This document shows, in pieces, positions 1-13,199 of a stretch of DNA of 64,000 bases. The notes under the pieces were generated by a model. That model was not told the DNA's origin. It ran no database searches and saw only the letters and a program-made list of their open reading frames with translations. Location of the stretch: positions 7,029,101 to 7,093,100 of the forward strand of contig NC_134035.1 of NCBI RefSeq assembly GCF_964204645.1. The letters are read 5' to 3'. Both the position numbers and the translations under genes were made by a program. Source of the stretch: Tubulanus polymorphus (Eukaryota; Animalia; Nemertea). The stretch's first letter is position 1; each line of letters starts with the position of its first letter.

Positions 1-2712
1 ATTGACTGGAACTCTTAACTCACAAAATTAAACGAGTCAACAAGAAAGATCCAATAATTGGACATTTGTCTAACTATATTATTTAACAGCTTGAAATAAT
101 ACATAACACATTCTGCAAGAGTATACAAAGGAAATCAGTTCTTACATTATATCAGAATCAATAGTTCGCTTAACTAGAATTCTGGTTCCATTGCTTCATA
201 TTCTAATGAAATCCACTAGTATACCTTAGAATATCGCTTAGCTTAAGACTAAAAATTTGGTACCAGGAAACGGGGAAGAAAAGTGGGTGTACTGTTCATC
301 CGCAATTGACTTATGTCTCTCTGGTTGAATCAAGTTATAATTGAAATAGCATTCGAATAGCCATTTTATTTTTAAAAATTGTGTCATTCAGCTATCCTGC
401 TGCAAATTTCGCAGTTGAAGTTTACTGGTGCCATCTGATTTCTCAGTATCTCAAAAAATTTGCACATTCTAAGCCTGAATCTAAAAATAGAAAAAGGTGC
501 ATTTTAGTCGGATATAAAAGAATAGTGGCTAATACACCCTGGACTATATAGCCTGTGGGGTGGGCCTAGTTTGAAAGCACTGAGGTCCGAGAGAACAGCA
601 CTTAGTAAATAAATACTGAAATTAAACTTACAAAACACCCAGTACTTGAGATGATGTACTTGACAAGAAGTGTCACCAGCTAAGCAAATCAACTTTGTCT
701 ATGACTCCTCCTTTTATAGATTCAGTAGTAGTCTAAAAATAAGAATCGGTACATTTTTCTAACAGTTGGTATGTCATTTCTTCAAAAAAACTAATTATTA
801 TCACGCCACAGCAAATAAATTATTCACAGTTGTTGAATGGTTAGCCCGATTTAGATTAATTGGTTGACGCTAATCAGTATGACCCATACGTAGGGGCCTA
901 CTGCATGCCATTGGCGTCAATCCATTCCATTCCATTCCACAGTGAATTAAAAAGAAATTTAGTTAGATCCCTTTTGTCCAAAAGCTGCATCATTTATATA
1001 ACTAGCTGTCAAATTTAATTTACCTCCTTCAGAGAATACCATAGTGACATAGTCCGTCGCCCATCAACGTGTTGACAAAAGAAAAGTTGCTCCATGTTTT
1101 ATACATGAACGTTCAAATAAGATATTTTGCGTCTTGCAGGGAATATTGAGCATAGTGTTTAAGTTGGCTTGCACGGATTGTGAATGGGTTTTCCTCATTA
1201 TGCTGCCTGTATGCATTAAAAATCCGGATTTCAAGCGAATTAATTTGTCCAACAAGTGGCCCTCTAAAAGTATACTCCACACATACTGTCCATGCGTGTC
1301 TCTGTAACCGAAGGTAGAGACTAAAACACGGTTCAGGACTCGGCAGCGGACACAGGCCCGGAAAATATTTCAAAACGTGTATTGTTGGTACCTAGCACGA
1401 TTTCAGCGTTTTTCGGGAATTCCCTGAAATTTCGGCGTTTTTCGGAAATTCCCTGAAATTTCAGCGTTTTTATTTCAGCGTTTCAGCGTTTCAGTGATTC
1501 AGCTTTTTCAGCGAAGTTCAGGAACCGGGTAAATATATGTATAAAAGGTTGTATACCAACTTGAATTGAAGGATTAATGCAATAGGTCTCTTATTCTAAA
1601 AGACGAGTGAGCCATACTTACTAGATTGGTCATGTGAATCAACATCAAATTTAGAACTATGATCCATTTTTAGTTTTCAATCAAAGAGCAACCTATGAAA
1701 TAAAGTACATATTTTTCTGATAACAACCTGGAATATATTAAAATAAATCTGAGGAATTCACCAAATTTCTGTATCGAACCCCTAATATATAACCTATAGA
1801 TTGATACTTACATACGACAAATTGACGAAGAAACTTCATTTGACAGTATACAAACTCGCGGACAAACTCCCAAAATGAATCATGTCCTATTCACCTAGAG
1901 TCAAACAAAATACAACTAAAAAATTCACAATACAGATTTCGGTTTCGAATCCTTCAAATAGCTGTTTACTTACATGAAACGAATTATCAAACTACTTCTG
2001 CCGACAGCATACCAACTCGCTGACAAACCCCCAAAATGAAACGTGTCATGATAAACATCTGGAATTAAACGTAATAAAGCTACAAAATTTACAAAATTTC
2101 GGTTTCGAATCCCTCAAATAGCCTTACACCTACAAATGATGGTTTATCAAACAACTATGAACTCCCACAACGCCACATGTCTTTGATAATCTACAGTGAA
2201 AACCTGGAATTAAATGAAATAAATCTTAAAATTCCGATTTGAACCCAACGTAAACCCTCTCTCTACTTGTAGGCCTAAGTTCTTGAAATAGGATAAATAA
2301 TGTTATGATGAAAGAGGCATAATGGTTCGGAAAAAATTGAATTCAATATGGCTCTTGGCCCGGCAAAGTTTGCTTTTGAAATATCCTTTTGATTAGGCCT
2401 AGTTACACATTTTAAAAGCAAATGACATTTTGCATCAAACTAAAAGCGGCTTTGTTGAGGAAAAGATTCGTTTGAGTCGTAAAATTTATAGCCTAGAACC
2501 AATTTCTTCGTCAAAGTGTGATGCACAATTTTGACTGGGTCTTTTTTCCACTTGGTAGTGGACAGAAAATTTGAATAGGATTAAATAATAGAATAATCTT
2601 TCTTAGGTTTCATGATAAATGTGGCAGGCAGTTAATCGTTGTTTCGGGCTTAGTTCGCGTTCTCGTGTTGCCAGCTAGTAGCGCCACTCGTGGCTTACTC
2701 TTTTAGATTAAC

Positions 2713-3173
2713 TAAATTGGCCTTTGGTCAATTCACTTTACACTTCCGTGTACTACAGATGTGTGTAATTAGTCATTGAATAAATAAACAGTATTATTAT
2801 TTCTAATCCGCATATTTTATTTATTCAGGTGAGTGGCGATCTTTCTCTTTATTCGTTGTAATATTGTTCGGCCTTTGCACTGCTTTTGTAGGGTCATTTA
2901 GATGTATTAATTGCGATCTCAGCTGATCTGAGGTTTGATTGTGCTTAACCGGAAGTTGTGGGTTTGGGCGCGAATATTGGTTAGTCTGTGTTCTGTGAAA
3001 TATAAGCGTATAAATGAAAGTGTTCTGTCATGGGGTAGGATTTACTTTATGTGTGTATTTATTGGCCTTTAGTCAATTCACTTTACACTTCCGTGTACTA
3101 CGGATGTGTGTAATTCGTCATTGAATAAATAAACAGTATTATTATTTATAATCCGCATATTTTATTTATTCAG
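2713..3173. repeat. ~112-bp direct duplication (2713-2828 and 3061-3173), each copy ending in a splice-acceptor-like TTTATTCAG
   Basis: Both copies read ...ttggcctttRgtcaattcactttacacttccgtgtactacRgatgtgtgtaatt...ccgcatattttatttattcag with few mismatches. Confidence 0.8.
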
Positions 3174-4711
3174 AATTTACTTTATCCTGGACGGTGAATC
3201 GACTGTACTGGTCGCTGCTATCAACGCTGCAACTCTGAGAAAAGGACGTCAGAGAGGACTCCGGGTCGCGATTTCCGTCTTAAGTTCCGTCGTGCGTGAG
3301 GATCCCTTTATCCCCGATGAACCGAATCCGCATAAGCTATACTTAAGCCAAATTAATAAAGTATCGCTATCACATAAAGATGCAGCATTAACTTAGATTA
3401 ATGCTTATCTTTTACAATTAGGCTTATGTTTCAAAGGAAAACGCCCACAGTACCTATGCTTTGTAATTATTACCAATTGAAAACAGTATCATTCGATACG
3501 CTTCTACCATTTGTACCCTCATCACTTATTCTTACGACACAGGGTGGACAAGTGATAGATATGCAACGTGAAAATGTGTTAAATGATGAAAGTATGGTAG
3601 AACCTAATACTTCTCTACAAGTCCCTAGCACTTCTGCCCTTACAGAATGTCACTTGCCAACTGCTGAGCAAGATAACTCAAAAAATGAGGGGAAAGAGCT
3701 TCGTCGTCAAAGTCATCCAGGACTCATCATAAGAAGTAAACGCATATTTGTCATAAACAGTGCCGCATTTGTCTTAATCAGTTATTAGTTATCATGCATT
3801 TCTTTTCTGTGTTGATAAAATAAGCAAACCCTTGTATGCTGTATTAATTGTTTGAGTTAGCTTTGGGATCAGGCTGGTCGTTTAGGCAGTCTTTAAATCT
3901 GCTTTGTCACAGATACAATTTGTTTTCGTGGGCATAATAATATTAAATGCATTTATTACCTGTATTGATAATAATCAACAACTGCATGAATATGCTATAA
4001 CAGGTTGAACTATTTGAGTTAACTTTGATATCAGGCTGTTGGATGGCTTATGTAGTCTTTAAATCTGTTTTGTCAGATATAATTTGTATTCATTGGTGTA
4101 ATTTTAAAAGCATTTATTATCGGTGTTCGAAATAATAACAACTGCATGCATATGCTATAATATGCATATGGTATTTGTGTTCACTTTGATATTAGGCTTT
4201 TAGTTTAGTGTTTAAAACCTGGTTCATCATGCTTACAGTTTGTATAGGTGTCAAAAAATTATTAAATGGTAAAGTAATGCATTTATTTTCAATAACCTCA
4301 TATGTTGTAATAACTACTTAAGTTTATTTCGATTTTGGGCTGCTGAATTAAACAATATTAAATCAGTGAAAACATGGTTTATTACATAAACAATTTGATT
4401 AGGTGTCTAATGTTTATGATGTATATAATGCATTCATTTCAAGCAGGGTTGAAAAAGTCAACCTCATGTGCTGCAATAAGCTAAACTGTATTTAGTTTGT
4501 TAGATTTTAGACTGACTGTTGGATAAAACAGTCTTTGAAACATGGTTTAAGACACTTACGGTACATTTTAATTAGGTGTCTGATTAACGTAATGGCTGCA
4601 ATAAGCTAAACTGTTTTAGTTTGTTAGATTTTAGACTGACTGTTGGATAAAACAGTCTTTGAAACATGGTTTAAGACACTTTCGGTACATTTTAATTAGG
4701 TGTCTAATGTT

Positions 4712-5692
4712 CAAATTAAGAAATTACGAAATACGATACGAAATTACGAAACTACGAAATGGAAATATTTTTGCCAGTTGTGCTAAAATACGAACCGAAA
4801 TACGAAACGAAATGGTCACATTTCAAACACACGTCCATACTATGGTCAATATTGTAGCGTATTTTACAATACGACTTACGCGAGGTATTTTGAATGAAAT
4901 CAGAAGATTTGGAATTTATAATTGATACGACTTACGTGAAAATACGACTTATAAAGTACGAGTTATAAGCATTATTTTATAAGGTTTAAAGAAGAAAAAA
5001 ATTGGGACCAAAATAATTATACGAGAGATGTGATGATACGACTAATTCGATGACGACTTATGCGGGGTTGACTGTAGCAGAAAGGAAAGGCAAGCGCTTC
5101 ACGCGACACCGAGCTCGTAACCGCGATAGGATTATCCCGTTCTTGGACACGGGCCGACATATCTGAACCTGTCTAGTATCGATCATTTAGCACAGAAAAA
5201 ATTAATGTACAGGGTAGATTAGCGGCCGGTCGGGTCAACTTTTAAGCTCCTCAGCAGAGGAGAAACGAGGTATCAATTTTTTAGCCTAAATACTGCAGGA
5301 TATATTTTAAGGCACACTTCGTTCTCTAACCCGTAATTTATTAATCGCTACCTTCCAGTTGTATATGAGCATGCGCAGATCATTCTCCCTGATGGCATCG
5401 CTAAACTCAGTTGCGGCACGGAACCCTGCCACACTAGACCGGGTGCGCATGTTTAAGCCAGCTCCACGAATCCGGTGCTATAGCGCAAAAAATTACAAAA
5501 TTTTCGTTTCGTATTACATTTTATACTTTAGCAGGACCCGCGAAAAAATGACCATTTCGTTTCGTAGTTAAGCATTTCGTATAGTATTTCGTTTCGTACT
5601 TAAGCATTTCTTAATTTCGTTTTGCATTTCGTAATTTCGTTTCATATTTCGTAATTTCGTTGCATATTTCTTAATTTCGTAGTTTCGTACTT
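4712..5692. mobile_element. Non-autonomous foldback/MITE-like insert with inverted arrays of ACGAAAT; contains one end of a TA-flanked MITE (~4860-5076)
   Basis: An (ACGAAAT/TACGAAA)n array at 4716-4815 is mirrored by (ATTTCGT)n at 5555-5690. The internal sequence ...cgacttatgcggggttgactg-TA resembles a Tc1/mariner-type MITE terminus. Confidence 0.5.
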
Positions 5693-5838
5693 TAGAAGTA
5701 CCCTGTATATAATGCATTCATTTGCAGGGTTGAAAAACGTCCACCCCATGTGCTGCAATAAGCTAAACTGTTTTTAGTTTGTTGGATATTAGGCTGTTGG
5801 TTAAACAGTTTGAAACATGGTTTAACACACATTCGGTA

Positions 5839-5990
5839 TGTTGATAACGTTCCGAGTTGATAGAAAATCAAGATAGACCAAACACACACAGAATTTCAGG
5901 ATCAGCCATTTTATTACTCGCCACACACAGCGCCCTCTATATTATTTGCACTATTTACTGATATAAACCGATAATACTAACACATCAACA
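5839..5990 (-). repeat. 3' LTR (152 bp), preceded on the element strand by a polypurine tract (AAAAAGGAAGGA, 5991-6002)
   Basis: Identical to the 5' LTR except for one CA unit; 7-bp terminal inverted repeat. Confidence 0.95.
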
Positions 5991-6218
5991 TCCTTCCTTT
6001 TTGGTAAAAAAAAAAAAAAAAAAAAAAACAAAAATTGTATGAATCCTACACTAAAACTCTAATTCTAAATCAAGCTATTGAGTCACTATAAGTGCATTGA
6101 TTTTACCATCAAAAATTAACGTAAGATGCTATTATGAAATTACAGGTTTGAACTAAACTTTTCCTTACTCAACTAGTAGTAGCAAGTTATTGTAATTATA
6201 GCATGCATATTAAAGTCA

Positions 6219-9200
6219 CTAATTTCGTACATAGTCCTTTAAATAGGTTGGTGGTCTCGTTGTTCTCCGAGGACGTTCTACACGAATCGGCGATTCATCC
6301 GCATTTGCAATTGGATTTTCTGCAAACGATTGAGGTTGAACGGAAACGGACGCTTCAGTAACCACCTGCGAATCAGGTACATGAGGCACACTTTCGGGTT
6401 GATCACCCATCTGGGTTTCGATCTGCGTCGGTCTCAGATGAATGCGGTTTCGACGGTATGTGCCCCCGTTATCTCCACGAATACGATAGGTGCGGTTATC
6501 CAAGGACGCTTCTCGCGGTGTTCGAAATATACACGTTCACCGGCTGCGATTTTTCGCAAATCTCGTGATTTTCGGTTTATGCAACGCTCAACGGTTTCCT
6601 TACGTCTCAGACGTTTTTCGGTAACGTCTGACGGGCGATTTACGTGTTTCTGCATCGGGATAAATGAGCGTGTTTTCCGCCCAAACATTAATTCAGTCGG
6701 ACTTACACCTGTATCTTGGCGCGGCGTATTGCGAAGCTCGAGTAACGCCTGCATTAGGTCAGTACCACTTCGCATTGATTTAATGATCAGGTGTTTCACG
6801 ATTTTTACTGCAGATTCCGCTTTTCCATTGGCACTGTGGTGGAACGGAGATGCCTCGATGTGGTTTATTCCCCACTTATCCAAGAATACCTTGAACTCTT
6901 CGCTGACGAACTGAGGACCCGGATCGGTCACAATTTGTTTCGGAATCCCATAACACGCAAACTGCTTTTTGAGCACTGCAATGCATTTGGTGGAGACAGT
7001 TGAAGTCATACGCTCGACTTAAATCCAACTCGAGAAATAATCCACCGTAACTAAGTAGTTGGTTCCGCTGATTTCAAACAAATCGCACGCAATCTTTTCA
7101 AATGGTTCGTTACCATGTGGATGAGAGCGTAACGTTTCTCTCTGATTTCTCGGTTTCAAATCCTGGCATGGCTCGCAAGAGTCGGCCATCTGTTTGATTT
7201 CGCTCGACATGCCGGGCCAGAATATGATATGTCGCGCTCGACGAATCATACTATCATATCCAAGATGGGCGGCATGTAATCTGGTTTTCATATTTTGACG
7301 CAACGACTTGGGAATGACCATCGCTTCCCCTTTTACCAGAATTCCTGTAGTGCTATCATAGCTTAGCACATCACGCATGTCGTAGTACGGTCGAATATCA
7401 CACGGTACATCGGTTTTCATAGCGGGCCAGCCATTAGCTATAAACGATTTTAGTTTCTGTAACGTTTCATCACGTTCAGTGGCGGCTGCCACTTCAGTTA
7501 TTCGAGCGTCAGGTATTGACGGAAAGTAAGAAACGTTCATCACTCGCGGTCGATCATCGATTTTATCGAGATGTGCCCGACTAAGCGTATCTGCGAGCAC
7601 AAGCGATTTTCCTTCACAGAAAACAAACGTGATGTCGTATCTATGTATACGCATCAGTAATGTCTGGAGCCTCTTCGGAACCTGGCTCAGAGGTTTCTTT
7701 AATATCGACGCAAGCGGTTTATGGTCGTTTTGTACGATTACCTCGCGACCATAAGTGTATTGGTCGAAGCGTTCAAGACCAAAAACTACGGCGTTCAGCT
7801 CCAACTCAATTTGTGCCCAGTTCCGTTCTGAACTGGTCAGTGTACGTGACGCATATTCGATGGGTCGGCCATCTTGAAGCAGTACAGCTCCGATACCAGT
7901 ACGCGAACTGTCGGCCTGCAATACGAGTTCTTTTTTGAATCGTAGTAAACCAATACAGGAGTCGACGATAACTTCTGTTTTACTAAGCGGAGCGCTTTCT
8001 CGCAGTCATCGGACCATCTAAATGGTTCATCTTTGCGCGTAAGTGTGCGTATCGGCTCGAGATCAGTCGATAAATTTGGCAAGAACTTAGCCAAATACTG
8101 GATCATACCGCACAGTCGTTTCACGGCATGAATATCTGTCGGACGAGGCATATTTACGATTGCGTCAATCTTAGAATGATCAGCCTTGACTCCTGCTGCC
8201 GAGAAAACATGACCATGAAACTGAATCTCCGGCTTCCTAATGTCTTTCTTCCCAGATTCCTGGTCATTCAGTACGATATTGCGCTCATCACAACGTTTAT
8301 ACAACTTCGAGAGCTTCTGATCATGATCACGATCAGCTGCATCTTTTGTGTCCCCGCATCCGGCCACAATGATATCATCGGCTATTGCGAATGTTCCATC
8401 AAGACCCTCTAATGCCATATTTAACATTCTGCTGAATATCTCACTACTGACTTTGAGACCAAACGGTAAACGGGTCCACCGAAATCTTCCGAAAGGAGTG
8501 ATCATAGTCGTCAGCTTCGAACTATTCTCATCCAATCTGACATGCCAGTACGCCTCTTTTACGTCGAGTTTGCTGAAGACTTTCGCATTACTCAGCATCG
8601 GCAATACATCTTCGATAGTTACAAGTTTTCGATGCTCGCGCATGAGTGCTTCATTCAGTGGTTGCGGGTCGATGCAGATTCTGATTCTTCCGGATTTTTT
8701 TTTCACGACTGCCATTTGAGATACCCACGGAGTTGGTTCAATGACTGGAATCAATATACCACGTTTGACAAGAGTGTCTAATTCGCGTTTGACATCATCT
8801 TTAACCGCAATCGGTAAATTACGACATGGAAGGACCTGTGGTTGCACAGTCGGATTAACGGTCAATGTCACTTCACCGAGATCGCCTAATGCAGATTTTG
8901 CGATTACCTTGGCTATAAATCGATCGTTGTGAACTGTTATAAGTTTCATATCACGCAGTGCGTTAAGACCCAGTAGACACGAGAACTTATTCTCAACAAC
9001 AATGAACTGAATACAGTTGGTCTCATTAGTGCGCGGATTTAGTACATTCAATTTCGTTTCGCCAAGCGGAGTCATCGTGGAACCATTCCACATTACTAGA
9101 TCAGTACGAGAAGACGAGTGTATCAGCTGTTCTCTTTTCACGTAACGCTTACATATTGTGTTAACATTTGCACCGCTATCAAGTTGAAATTGAACTTCAC

Positions 9201-10143
9201 ATTCATTGACGATCATTTTCGCACTGAGCAGATTTGACGGTGGCTGTTTCCGGTTGACGGCGCATAACCAATCAGTGTCTGCATCACTCTCAGAATCAGA
9301 GTGTTTCTCGGTTTCAACAGCTTTCACGACCTTAGGTTTCGTACATTTCGATTTGAAGTGATTTTTCTCGTGACAGTTATTACATGTTTTCTTCCATGCC
9401 GGACACTTTCCACGGCCAAATTCGTGATGAAATCCGCAGAACTTGCATTCCTTTTTCGTAGATCTTACGTCTGGTGCCGGTTTTGTCTGCCGTTGATTAA
9501 AATTGCTCTTTTTGAAACTCTTTCGCGGTTTCGTTCTCGTAACCTGCTGAACTTCTTTCGACTTTTCACGGAGTTCATCCGCCTGTTGGTTCGATTGTTC
9601 AAATGCACGGCACAATCGTATAGTCTTTGCAAGAGTTAAGTCATCTTCACGTAAGAGAAGTGCTTGGAGCTTTCCAGCGACTGAGAAAACAATTTTGTCT
9701 CGTAGCATTCGATCTTTGGATGCTTCAAAATTACAAGCTTCTGCTCTTTTACGGATTTCAGTCAGAAATGCGTCAAACGGTTCGATTAACTGTGTCTTCC
9801 AGAATCTATACGTTTCAATCACCTCGCTCTGTCGAGGGTTGCAGTACGCTTCCAACTTTTCAAGTAACCTGTCAGGGTTCTTGCTATCACCACTCTGGGC
9901 CCACTGGATTTGGTCATAGATTTCAATGACCTTTGGCCCAGCGCAGTGTAGAATGATAGCGACTTTCGTTTTATCAGAAGTGTGAGGTGCCACTGCAATG
10001 CTTAGGTAAATCTCTATTTGCCGCTTCCACTTTCGGAAATTCTCAGCAATATTGCCTTCAGTAACGTTCAACTGCGGCGGAGGACGAAACACACCAGGGG
10101 TTACCGGACAAGGTAATAATGACGAATCACCGCCGTCGGCCAT
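6219..10143 (-). pseudogene. gag-pol polyprotein broken into four ORFs (7837-10143, 7019-7921, 6434-7009, 6219-6503)
   Basis: Zn knuckles CKFCGFHH..C and CNNCHEKNHFKSKC; protease LDSGA; RT LDVKEAYW, LPFGL and IADDII; RNase H DSS..GIGAVL, ELE and DHKPL; integrase H-H-C-C, D(ACDLF), D(TDPG) and E(KAESAV). Lesions: frameshift ~7930, in-frame TAA 7019-7021, frameshift ~6500. Confidence 0.95.
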
Positions 10144-10241
10144 CTTTTCTTCTTTTGCAAAGAAACCGTTTCTATCAAGTACTCACGCGACGAATGACGA
10201 TATAACAGTCTCTCACAGAGTTTAGAACGAAAATGTCGTCA

Positions 10242-10259
10242 ATCCCACCGCTGACACCA
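10242..10259 (-). promoter_or_regulatory. Primer-binding site TGGTGTCAGCGGTGGGAT, probably complementary to tRNA-Leu
   Basis: An 18-mer starting with TGG directly after the 5' LTR; resembles the complement of tRNA-Leu 3' ends. Confidence 0.75.
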
Positions 10260-10413
10260 TGTTGATAACGTTCCGAGTTGATAGAAAATCAAGATAGACC
10301 AAACACACACAGAATTTCAGGATCAGCCATTTTATTACTCGCCACACACACAGCGCCCTCTATATTATTTGCACTATTTACTGATATAAACCGATAATAC
10401 TAACACATCAACA
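10260..10413 (-). repeat. 5' LTR (154 bp)
   Basis: TG...CA ends; directly adjacent to the PBS. Confidence 0.95.
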
Positions 10414-11164
10414 CGGTACAATTTGATTAGGTGTCTAATTAATATTATGTCTTATACGTAACGTGTACATTCATTTTCTGTGTTGTTGTGAATAATCAGC
10501 AAACAAGACCCGTTGCTAAGTTAGCAAATAAAACTATTTTTACATGTTTCTATATATTCAATCTTGGTGTTCTTCATGCAGTTCAGCAGGATATCTGGCC
10601 CACACCTCCATCCATCAGCTTTCAAAATTGAGATTTTTACACTATATGGGATAACATTTTAGTCAAGATTTCAGTTTCATGGAATAACATTACCAAAGAC
10701 TTGTATCAACATTTCTGTACAGTTCACATCTATTTTGAAACAAATGCAGTAAAATTACTGCTAGATTCCCTATCATACCTACGGGTCTGCAGGCAAATGG
10801 TCCTTGGTTTTGTTAATTTGATTTAAAAGTGTTCTGATGGTGATTTGTCCCTCCAATGAATTGATAATTTGCTACGGCACATTTGAAATTGAAAAATGCT
10901 GCAGGTTTAAAACAATTGACATGGGTTACTGTCGCCACCAACTGCATTCTATGATAGAATTGCTGTAGGTCAGATTTGCCCAAATTCTAAACCTGGTGCT
11001 GTTACAAATGTCTCCAACTCGATCCAACTAGTAGTTACCGTAAGTGGTTATATGAAACTGCTTCTAGTCAGCTCTGTTTTCTCCACCCATGTAGTATTTA
11101 TGTTGCCCATGTAAGTAAGTGCATACACATACAAACGACGTCCTGTTAGAAAGTGTGTTTCTAG

Positions 11165-11529
11165 TTTTGATTTTAGTAACCCTCCTAAAAATCAAGAATT
11201 CCTTAACAATGATAATAAAAAAGTTCCTGGGAAGTTTAAGGATGAATTAGGCGGTGAAGAAATGATAGAGTTCATTGGAATTCGATCATGAATCTAAAAA
11301 ATTGAAAGGTATAACAAAAATGGTTGTTGAAAAAAATATTCATTTTAAGGATTACATCAATTGTATATTTAATGAAGAAGTTAGAAAACATAAGATGAAA
11401 TGTTTAAGATCTGAAGATCATGAAATGTTTATTGAAGAGATTGAAAAGGTTAGTTTAAACCCTTTCGATGATAAAAGATATATATTAGATGATGGAATCC
11501 ACACAGTTGCGTATGGTTGCAATGCATGA
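11165..11529 (+). pseudogene. Protein-primed family B DNA polymerase, C-terminal fragment
   Basis: NKKVPGKFKDELGGEEMIEFIGIRS, then a deletion/frameshift, then KKLKGITKMVV...KVSLNPFDDKRYILDDGIHTVAYG. These are typical Polinton pPolB terminal motifs. Confidence 0.9.
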
Positions 11530-11635
11530 TGATAGATGAATACTTAAAATTTAAAAGGGATGAAGAGATAGAGAATGAAATAATGAACAGGGTTCTAACA
11601 TTTTAATCAATTTTAGTAAAAAATATGTATAACAA

Positions 11636-12235
11636 ATGGAAAGTAAACAGCCACAAACTATTGATATTATAAATAGTGTTATAAACAACTCTCGGAATAT
11701 TATAATCATAAAACTCAGAAAGATGGTAGGCAAAGTTATTGTAGAACTTGTGTTAAAGAAATGAATAGACAATACCGAGCAAATAATACAGATAATCAAA
11801 CGAAATGGAGAGAAAATCACCCAGATTATAACCCAGAACACTTGAGACAATGGCGAACAGATAATCGAGAATATTATAATAATTATAAGAATAGTTATCA
11901 AAAAGAAAGGTATAAAACAGATCTTAATTTAAAATTGAAACAATGTTTAAGATCGAGATTATGAAAATTATTCAGTAAAGAAACTCATTCAGTTACAATA
12001 TCTAATTTGTTAGATTGTTTGGATAAATTCTTAAAATCATGGATTGTATATCAGTTCGATGATGAAATAAACACAAATAATTACGGAGATTATTTCCATA
12101 TAGATCACGTATTGCCGATAGCTAAATTTAACATGAATGATGAATACAATAAGAAATTGATATAGAATTGGAAGAATCTAAGACCTCCTGAAAAGAAAGA
12201 AAATATAATTAAACATGACAAACCAGATTTATAGT
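11636..12235 (+). pseudogene. HNH-type endonuclease of the large-DNA-virus kind (Cys-rich N-terminus, charged helix, HIDH motif), frameshifted
   Basis: GRQSYCRTCVKEMNRQYR...RYKTDLNLKLKQCLRSRL...NYGDYFHIDHVLPIAKFN...NWKNLRPPEKKENIIKHDK across stops. Confidence 0.7.
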
Positions 12236-13199
12236 TATATTATAGTTAGATTATAGTTAGAATAAGAACAACTCTACTCGAGTCATGCCTGTATATAGTT
12301 ATTCATATAACTACATAGCATATAAAACGTCTGTAACACAATTGCACACATAGATTAATCAATTTGAAAATAGTTCGATCAAACAGATGTTACCGTTCAA
12401 CGTTTCATTGAAGCAGTTAGATATAAGGACGCAAAATGCATACGCAAAGGACGTATTGGTAACATACTGAATCGCCGCTCCCTCACTGAACAGACATATA
12501 TAGATACAATATCTCATACACAATATAATTCGGCGTTTTCGGTTCGTGAAGTAAATGTAAGTACTGTTTCTTTTTGTTGTGAAGAAATCGGAAATGGGGG
12601 CTACTAAATATGAAACCTTTAAATATATTTAAGTGCAGTAATTCATATTTAACAACAACTATGTGACTTTGGAGTACTCCAAACTGTAATAAGTGAGATA
12701 TGAGCCACTTCCCAAACTCACAAGCAATGATTTGACTCATGCTAAATTTTAGCATAAACCTGCTTCAACTTCAAGTTAATTATATTCTATGCTAGATATA
12801 TTTTAGATAACAAAATTCTATACGTAACAAGAAGACAATTGCCATTTGAATCAAGAAAGTGAAGATGGATGTGGAATCAGAAATTATGGATGTTTCATCT
12901 CAAGAGACTGTAGCTGTTTTGTTGTACTGTATTAACATTCAATGTATTATATTTTACCTGAATTGCAGTTAGCTTATATATGTATTTTACATTCGGTCGT
13001 TGTTGTGGTAACAGCAACAGTTGTTCTGTATTGATTGTTACTGTTCTGTGTTTGAATGTTGTAGTTTAAAGAATAAATATTATATAATTGTGATTGGCGG
13101 TAGGTGGTTTTGCCATAATGATTTATAGGCGGTCTTGACCGCTTTGGATATTGTAACGTTTTGACATTAGATTTATAAGAAACTGTTTATAAGAAATAT

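Larger units (their letters stand above)
5839..10413 (-). mobile_element. Full-length Ty3/Gypsy LTR retrotransposon with short LTRs (Mag-like organisation)
   Basis: Two LTRs TGTTGAT...ATCAACA (5839-5990, 10260-10413); 5-bp TSD CGGTA (5834-5838, 10414-10418); PBS and PPT; domain order gag-PR-RT-RH-IN. Confidence 0.97.
3790..10530. repeat. Degenerate satellite (~120-190 bp units), interrupted by a foldback-like insert and the Gypsy element
   Basis: The motifs aatgcatt.., gctgcaataagctaaactg and gaaacatggtttaa..cggtac..attaggtgtctaat recur. 4470-4583 and 4594-4708 are near-identical. The unit resumes at 10414 after the LTR element. Confidence 0.7.

Noticed and set aside
7920-7940. Programmed ribosomal frameshift at the A6 run between the Gypsy ORFs
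   Set aside because: It falls between RT and RNase H rather than at the gag-pol junction, so a mutation or sequencing error is more likely.
6330-9919. Plus-strand ORFs overlapping the Gypsy pol (e.g. 6330-6914, 8348-8719)
   Set aside because: Antisense shadows of the retroelement coding frame with no recognisable motifs.
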